DNA of 60,398 nucleotides from a virus, in UHGV virus genome UHGV-1361177; one strand, written 5' to 3'. A program made the position numbers and the translations under genes. Of the stretch, positions 54,946 to 60,398 are shown piece after piece (position 1 is the stretch's first letter; each line of letters begins with the position of its first letter). The notes under the pieces are model-generated. The model searched no databases. It saw only the letters and a list, made by a program, of their open reading frames with translations, and was not told the DNA's origin.

Positions 54946-55542
54946 TTATGCTGTTCTCTTTTTCACTTCTTCAACTGCTTCTTCAAAAGAAATGTCAAAA
55001 AATTCCCCGTTTAATCTTGCGTCGCTAAAATGCCTATGCAATTCTGTTTCTAAATTTTGCACATTATCAATCTTCTCAGTAAAAAAACTTCTTACAATAT
55101 CCATCCCACTTGCAGATGAAATCGCCTTCATTCTTCTTCCTTTTTCTTTTGTAATTCCAATTTTCACAGTTCCGTTCGTAAATTCAAGTACATAAAGATA
55201 TTTGTTTTTCAATGATGGAGCGGATGCATTTTCATACATTTTATCTTTAAAAAGTTCCACTGCCCTTGCCATATGCGCACAATGATTTTGCTCATGCATA
55301 ACGTTTGTTTCTAACAAAATCTCCATTTCTGCTATATCCATGCATTTTTGTGCCAGTTTACAGTTCCCAAGTCCAGCAATTGTGATAAATGCCTCATTAA
55401 AATTTATATAATTTTTTGAATGTTCATTGTCCATTATTTCCATAAGGCATCCGGCTAGCTTTTGATTATATTCATTTTGTGTATCAATTAAAAAGTCTGC
55501 TATTTCTTTTACTGACATAAGTATTTCGTTTGAATTTAACAT
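54946..55542 (-). CDS. T5orf172 (GIY-YIG-related) nuclease-domain protein
   Basis: YLYVLEFTNGTVKIGITKEKGRRMKAI...ELHRHFSDARLNGEFFDIS. Confidence 0.55.
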   Translation of the reverse strand: MLNSNEILMSVKEIADFLIDTQNEYNQKLAGCLMEIMDNEHSKNYINFNEAFITIAGLGNCKLAQKCMDIAEMEILLETNVMHEQNHCAHMARAVELFKDKMYENASAPSLKNKYLYVLEFTNGTVKIGITKEKGRRMKAISSASGMDIVRSFFTEKIDNVQNLETELHRHFSDARLNGEFFDISFEEAVEEVKKRTA

Positions 55543-55658
55543 CTCAATCCTCCTAATTCATACATACTGATACCGCCTTTCTTTGACTACTGCTTGTGCA
55601 GGTAGGTTATTTTATATCAGTATTATGGACATGTACTTCATCAATGGAACGGACATAG

Positions 55659-58600
55659 TTAAGTGAAGCTAAATCCATTTCTGCTGATTCGGCTGTTAAT
55701 AGCACTGACAAGCTCACGCCCGTCAAGACTAATTGACGTATCCTTGTCAGCAGTTTCCCTGGTATTTTCTGCAATCTGGGACAGATATGGAGCTAAGACA
55801 TCTGCAACAGCTTCTCTTACTCCGGCAGTAATGCCAGCTACAATCTGCTCATTATTTGCTACTGCGGTTTTGCCATTGGAGAACTGACCAACCATCTCAT
55901 TATGGTTTGCAAAGAACAGACCATCTTCTGGGAACCCACCTACAGAGTATTTAGGAATGTCAACATGAGCTATTGCTCTGAAAGATACATGTGAAATGGT
56001 ATCTTCTTGCATTTCCTTTGCTGCCTCATTGTAATCGCTGATCAGGTCATTCATAGACTCTGCAATTCTGGACAATCCAGTATTGAACAGGTCAATCATG
56101 CCATTGACTAAATCTCCAACTTCTTTCACAATGCCTTTAAATCCAGAATAGATACCGTCCTTCATATTGGTTCCAAATGGTTCCCATTTTTCCTTTGTGA
56201 ACCAGGTAGACACATTGTTGGTAAACCAATTGTTGATATTAGTGTTCCACTGGGTTTCAAATTCAGCCCATTTATCCAGAAGTGCAGTTTTGAAGTGATC
56301 GCCCTGTTCCTTCCACTTTTCAACGGTAAACCATGTTTTTACGTTAGTATTCCACCACGTATTAGTCTTTGTTTTCCACTGAGATACAAATTCATCCCAC
56401 TTGGCAATAAGACCTGTTTTCATTCCGTCCGTTGTAGTTTTCCATTTTTCGGTGGTAAACCACGGAGAAACATTTGCACTAAAAAATGTTGGCATTGCTG
56501 TTCCAGACCACCATACAGCAGCTTGGTTCCATGCATTCATTAACGATGTCTCAAGATTGCCAAAAATAGGATCCAGTGCCGTAGTAGTAAAACTTGACGC
56601 AAGACCAGATACAGCAGTAGTACCAATCGTGCTAAACTGCGACTCACTAAGGGTATCAGAAATAGTATTGTATACGTCAGTAGCAAACATGCTAATTGTA
56701 TCAATACCGTTACTGCTCTCAAATGGCTTAATTAAACCATCCAGCATACCTTGCCCAATCTCTTTCCATTTGGATTCAGAGAATATGTCATAAACATCAT
56801 TTATAGTACCGGAAATACCATTTTGCAGTCCTTCAATGAGATAAACACCATTCTCATCCATGACAGTAGACGGGGAATGGATACCAAGGATGTCCTTAAA
56901 TTTATCAATGACACTTTGAGCTACCGTACCAACACTCTCTTTGATATTATTCCAACCGTCTTTGATACCATTAATCAAGCCTTCCATGAGGTACCCACCC
57001 ATTTCTGCCATGACCAATGATGGGGAATGAATTTTAAATGCTGACATAAATCCATTCATAACAGGTGTATAAATATTATCAATGATCCACTGCCCTACAG
57101 ATTTTAAAGCATCTACAATACCAGCAAATAAGCCCGCAACAATGTCACCGCCAGCCGCCTGAATATAAGTGGTGAAATAAGCTTTTGTTGCATTAAATCC
57201 ATTCACAAGCACATTCCATACTTGTTGTGCAAGTGCTACTCCAAGTGATGTAAGCGCGCCTACAGCTGTCCCTAAGTATGTGAAGTATGTTGTAATCAAT
57301 CCTGAATAATTAAACGTTGTAACAATGTTATATAATGCGTTCCAGAGGTTTGTTCCGACTTGTGCCCAGTCAACAGAAGCAAGACCGGATATTACAAAAT
57401 CAAATATACCTGTGACAATTGTATATCCAGCGTCTACCAGTCTCTGCGCAAGACCGCCCCAATCTATATTAACAAGAAAATCCATGACTCCTTCGCCAAA
57501 TGCTCCCCAATCTGTATCACTGACAAAAGCGATAAGTGTATCAAGCAATCCATTGACAAGAGAACTGAGGCTTGTAGCTGCACCTGACCAGCTAAAAGCT
57601 GATGCAAATGTATTTAAACTAAGCGCAAGACTACTTCCGAAATTAGTCCAATCAAATGTTGTCGCAGCATTTTCTAATACCGTAAATGCAGCATTTAATC
57701 CATTTGCAAGCATTTGTCCAATTTCATTCCATTGAATAGAATTAACAATTCCATTGAGACCGTCACCAATGAATTTTCCAATAGAGTCCCAATGCGTAAC
57801 ATCCAAAAGAGTATTTGCGAAGTCTACAGCTGTATTAATTCCCTGACCAATGGTTGTACCGATTGAAGTTGCCAGTCCTTCAGTTTCAACAAAGCCATTA
57901 ATAAAGGTTCCAATACTGGATGCAATCTTTCTGGCAGACTCCTGGATTCCATCCCAAGGGATAGAGTCCAGGCCATTCTTAAGCCAAGTGCCAACAGCAG
58001 AACCAAGTTCTGTAAAGTCGGCCGCTTCCCACATGGACTTGATTTTATCAGACCATTCCTTGTATTTGCTGTCAATCTCATCTGTCTCAAACATATCAGC
58101 GGCACTTGCACCACCACCGCTGCCACCAGATCCGCCACTCTTGCTTTGGTCAACAATGTTCAGCTCATCAATTCCAAGCGTATGCGTTTTAAGGTCATCA
58201 GCAGCCTTACTAGCCCCGCCAAGGCTCTTAGCATAGTCTTGTGTCTGCTTCTTGGCTTTAATCCATGTACCATGTCCTGTAAGCGCAGAAAACAGCTGAT
58301 TAACAGCATTTGCCGCATTAATACACATCTGAATGATAGTATTTAACGCCGGAGCCAGTGCGTTAAGGATTGGCGCTCCTGCCGCCGCTACAGAGTTTTT
58401 CAGCTGATTTGTGGAATTCATCAGCAATGACATACTGGCATTGGTTTCGCTGCTGTACTTGACCAAATTTTGCATACCGTCAACAAAAGCTTTTTGCAAC
58501 TTATTGATTAATGCAAATAAGGTCCTCACTCCTACTGCATATCTAAGCATGGTTCCTAGATTTTTTAGCAATGAATTATGAGAGCCTTTACTTGCCCCTG

Positions 58601-60125
58601 TAAGTCCAGAGAACGCTTTAATAAGCTTACTTTTAAGTGCAGAAGCTAATGAAAGTATTGGTTTTTTAGCTGCCTTTAATGGTGCAGTTAAACCAGTTGA
58701 TATGGCTTTCTTTGCTACACCCGCTGCTGCTCTAGCCGCTGTGCCAATAGATGGCATTTTTCTGACAGCATCAGAAACAGCACCTTTAGCTGAACTTGCA
58801 AGCCCTTTAAAGATATTACCATTTGCCAAGTCTCTAAAAGACTGAGATATCATGTCTTTCATGTTTTGCAACTGGCCAGATAAACTGCTAGTATTCGGCC
58901 CGGCAATTGCCGCAGGTTGAGAAGATACTTTTGCAGCTTCCTCAGCTGCTTGACGTGCAGTTTCACGCATAGCATCTAATTGTGCTTTCAGACTTTCAAT
59001 CTGGTTCTCATACTTAACAACACTGGCAATAGCATGTTCATATGATTTACCATCCGTATCTCCTGAAAGTTCGATTTCCTGCTGTTTGAGTTTTGCATTT
59101 TCCAAGCTATTGGTCAAAGATTTTATCTTTGCCTCTATTTCTTTTTCACTGCCTGACATGGTGAAACTTTTACCAAGTTCCGCATATTTCTCTCTGATTT
59201 CCTGGGATTTTTCAGAAATACTTTTGCTCAAATTTGACAGTTGATCCTTGATTTCTTGACTTGTCTCAGCAGAATCTTGAGCCATTTCAGGGTTATTTAA
59301 GGCCTGACCTGCCTGCGCACCATACTCACTTACAGCCTGCGCCCAATCTCTAATCTGTGCAGCTGACTCCCCAAATGTCGCAGCCATAGCATCTGCGTTA
59401 TACTGCATATCAGAAACAGCTACTTTTACAGCGTCTCGGGCTTCAGAAGCGCTTATTTCAATGTTATCTCCAAAATATGACGATATATCATCATTATCAA
59501 ACATATCATCAAGTTTTTCTGATGATGCACCATTAATTGTGCCAGTAAACACATTAGGATTAGGCCCTGTGCTTGCTGCCTGTTTCTCAGTCACTTTCGC
59601 AGCTTCATCAGACGCTAAACGTGCAGTTTCACGCATGTTATCCAGCTGTGCGGTAAGAGATTCAATCTGATTCTCATACTTTACAACGCTTGCAACAGTA
59701 TTCTCATAGGTCTTGCCATCTGTATTTCCAGAAGCCTCTAATTCCTGCTGTTTTAACCGTGCATTCGCCAAAGCATTGGTTAAAGAATCCATTTTTTTCT
59801 GGATTTGCTTTTCTGATCCAGACATGGTAAATCCTTTACCAACTTCCGCATACTGCTTTCTAATTTCTTCTAATGATTTAGAAACATTCTTTGCAAGCGC
59901 CGACGTTTGATCCTTAATTTGCTTGTTAATGGAATCAAGGTTTTTACCGCTATCTTGGGAAGCCGTAGAAAAACTCTTTCTAAAGTCAGATAGGGTAGAA
60001 TTTTTTTTTAACGCAGAAATACCTTCTGCCACAAGCCCTAACTTTTTTATAAGCTCATCAAGGCTTTTACTTGCTTCGTCAGCTGTAGTTTTAACTGATA
60101 TTTCCAGAGAATCTACTTCTGCCAT
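55659..60125 (-). CDS. tail tape measure protein
   Basis: 1488 aa with an N-terminal coiled coil, an internal ~95-aa duplication, a GSGGSGGG linker and a long hydrophobic/Gly-rich core. Lies directly upstream of the tail genes. Confidence 0.8.
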   Translation of the reverse strand: MAEVDSLEISVKTTADEASKSLDELIKKLGLVAEGISALKKNSTLSDFRKSFSTASQDSGKNLDSINKQIKDQTSALAKNVSKSLEEIRKQYAEVGKGFTMSGSEKQIQKKMDSLTNALANARLKQQELEASGNTDGKTYENTVASVVKYENQIESLTAQLDNMRETARLASDEAAKVTEKQAASTGPNPNVFTGTINGASSEKLDDMFDNDDISSYFGDNIEISASEARDAVKVAVSDMQYNADAMAATFGESAAQIRDWAQAVSEYGAQAGQALNNPEMAQDSAETSQEIKDQLSNLSKSISEKSQEIREKYAELGKSFTMSGSEKEIEAKIKSLTNSLENAKLKQQEIELSGDTDGKSYEHAIASVVKYENQIESLKAQLDAMRETARQAAEEAAKVSSQPAAIAGPNTSSLSGQLQNMKDMISQSFRDLANGNIFKGLASSAKGAVSDAVRKMPSIGTAARAAAGVAKKAISTGLTAPLKAAKKPILSLASALKSKLIKAFSGLTGASKGSHNSLLKNLGTMLRYAVGVRTLFALINKLQKAFVDGMQNLVKYSSETNASMSLLMNSTNQLKNSVAAAGAPILNALAPALNTIIQMCINAANAVNQLFSALTGHGTWIKAKKQTQDYAKSLGGASKAADDLKTHTLGIDELNIVDQSKSGGSGGSGGGASAADMFETDEIDSKYKEWSDKIKSMWEAADFTELGSAVGTWLKNGLDSIPWDGIQESARKIASSIGTFINGFVETEGLATSIGTTIGQGINTAVDFANTLLDVTHWDSIGKFIGDGLNGIVNSIQWNEIGQMLANGLNAAFTVLENAATTFDWTNFGSSLALSLNTFASAFSWSGAATSLSSLVNGLLDTLIAFVSDTDWGAFGEGVMDFLVNIDWGGLAQRLVDAGYTIVTGIFDFVISGLASVDWAQVGTNLWNALYNIVTTFNYSGLITTYFTYLGTAVGALTSLGVALAQQVWNVLVNGFNATKAYFTTYIQAAGGDIVAGLFAGIVDALKSVGQWIIDNIYTPVMNGFMSAFKIHSPSLVMAEMGGYLMEGLINGIKDGWNNIKESVGTVAQSVIDKFKDILGIHSPSTVMDENGVYLIEGLQNGISGTINDVYDIFSESKWKEIGQGMLDGLIKPFESSNGIDTISMFATDVYNTISDTLSESQFSTIGTTAVSGLASSFTTTALDPIFGNLETSLMNAWNQAAVWWSGTAMPTFFSANVSPWFTTEKWKTTTDGMKTGLIAKWDEFVSQWKTKTNTWWNTNVKTWFTVEKWKEQGDHFKTALLDKWAEFETQWNTNINNWFTNNVSTWFTKEKWEPFGTNMKDGIYSGFKGIVKEVGDLVNGMIDLFNTGLSRIAESMNDLISDYNEAAKEMQEDTISHVSFRAIAHVDIPKYSVGGFPEDGLFFANHNEMVGQFSNGKTAVANNEQIVAGITAGVREAVADVLAPYLSQIAENTRETADKDTSISLDGRELVSAINSRISRNGFSFT

Positions 60126-60145
60126 TTTGCACCTCTTTTCTGTAA

Positions 60146-60183
60146 AACAAAAAAAGGGAGATAAGTGATTAAACCTATCTCCC
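60146..60183 (-). terminator. rho-independent terminator after the lysin gene, immediately before the TMP RBS
   Basis: AGGGAGATA ggtttaatcactt ATCTCCCT followed by TTTTTTTG on the minus strand, 6 nt after the lysin stop. Confidence 0.5.
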
Positions 60184-60189
60184 TAAAAC

Positions 60190-60398
60190 TTAAAAATTTC
60201 CCACATCCTGTTTGCCATCTGAATTTGTCAAGTACAATGCACACTCATATGGATGTCCTGATCTAGGCTCAAAGTAATACCAACTATCGCCAATCTCTTG
60301 CCAGCCAGTTACTGCATATCCATCTTTGTTGAAATAATACTTATGATGGTTGATAACTTTCCAACAATTTTTGCAATATGTTGATTTCGTATCTGCAT
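60190..60398 (-). CDS. C-terminal cell-wall-binding (choline-binding-type YG) repeat region of the lysin begun at 571..1
   Basis: The frame is open from the window end: ADTKSTYCKNCWKVINHHKYYFNKDGYAVTGWQEIGDSWYYFEPRSGHPYECALY...VGNF*. The junction codon t+at gives Tyr, yielding GWNHDSNGWWY, a canonical repeat. Confidence 0.55.
   Translation of the reverse strand, partial: ADTKSTYCKNCWKVINHHKYYFNKDGYAVTGWQEIGDSWYYFEPRSGHPYECALYLTNSDGKQDVGNF

Noticed and set aside
56401-58236. Several plus-strand ORFs (130, 136 and 128 aa) inside the tape measure gene
   Set aside because: Antisense frames of a 4.5-kb gene; the Ser/Pro/Ala-rich composition mirrors TMP codons.
1-60398. CRISPR arrays, restriction-modification pairs, toxin-antitoxin pairs with recognizable toxins
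   Set aside because: No repeat-spacer architecture was seen. The methyltransferase at 30369..31316 has no adjacent endonuclease. The four RHH proteins have no recognizable toxin partners by eye.

Overview
The window reads as a complete, circularly permuted genome (~60.4 kb) of a temperate siphovirus-like phage or prophage from a low-GC Gram-positive host. The host call rests on AGGAGG-type RBSs, an XkdX-like small-gene pair, a CHAP/choline-binding-repeat lysin and spore-surface-like accessory proteins. Almost all genes are on the minus strand. The two window ends join in frame inside one lysin gene, which is why I treat the window as circular.

Reading the minus strand from 60398 down to 1, the order is:
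- lysin C-terminus, then the tape measure protein (TMP);
- a ~6.5 kb accessory island carrying a T5orf172 nuclease-like gene, an RHH protein, a zinc-ribbon membrane protein, ORF6N antirepressor-like genes and an intact IS66-family insertion sequence with an 8-bp target duplication;
- distal tail, tail-associated protein and fibers;
- a divergent pair of XRE regulators, a Bro-N/KilAC antirepressor, a Rad50/SbcC-like zinc-hook ATPase, RecT, many small early genes, an N6-adenine methyltransferase, an MBL-fold hydrolase, SSB and replisome organizer genes;
- a large serine recombinase;
- an operon of spore-surface-like, membrane and metallopeptidase genes;
- an RHH gene flanked by iteron-like repeats, an AT-rich/GC-rich repeat block, MazG, three tRNAs (Ile-UAU, Tyr, Gln);
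- TerL, portal, Mu F-like minor head protein, scaffold, major capsid, head-tail connectors with an embedded holin-like gene pair, major tail, and the G/GT chaperones with a -1 frameshift site.

At least six homing-endonuclease-like genes (HNH_3 x3 including one remnant, HNH+HTH, GIY-YIG, T5orf172) are scattered through the genome.

All functional calls come from motifs I recognise in the translations, not from database searches. Coordinates for ORFs under ~60 aa were derived by hand and should be treated as approximate.
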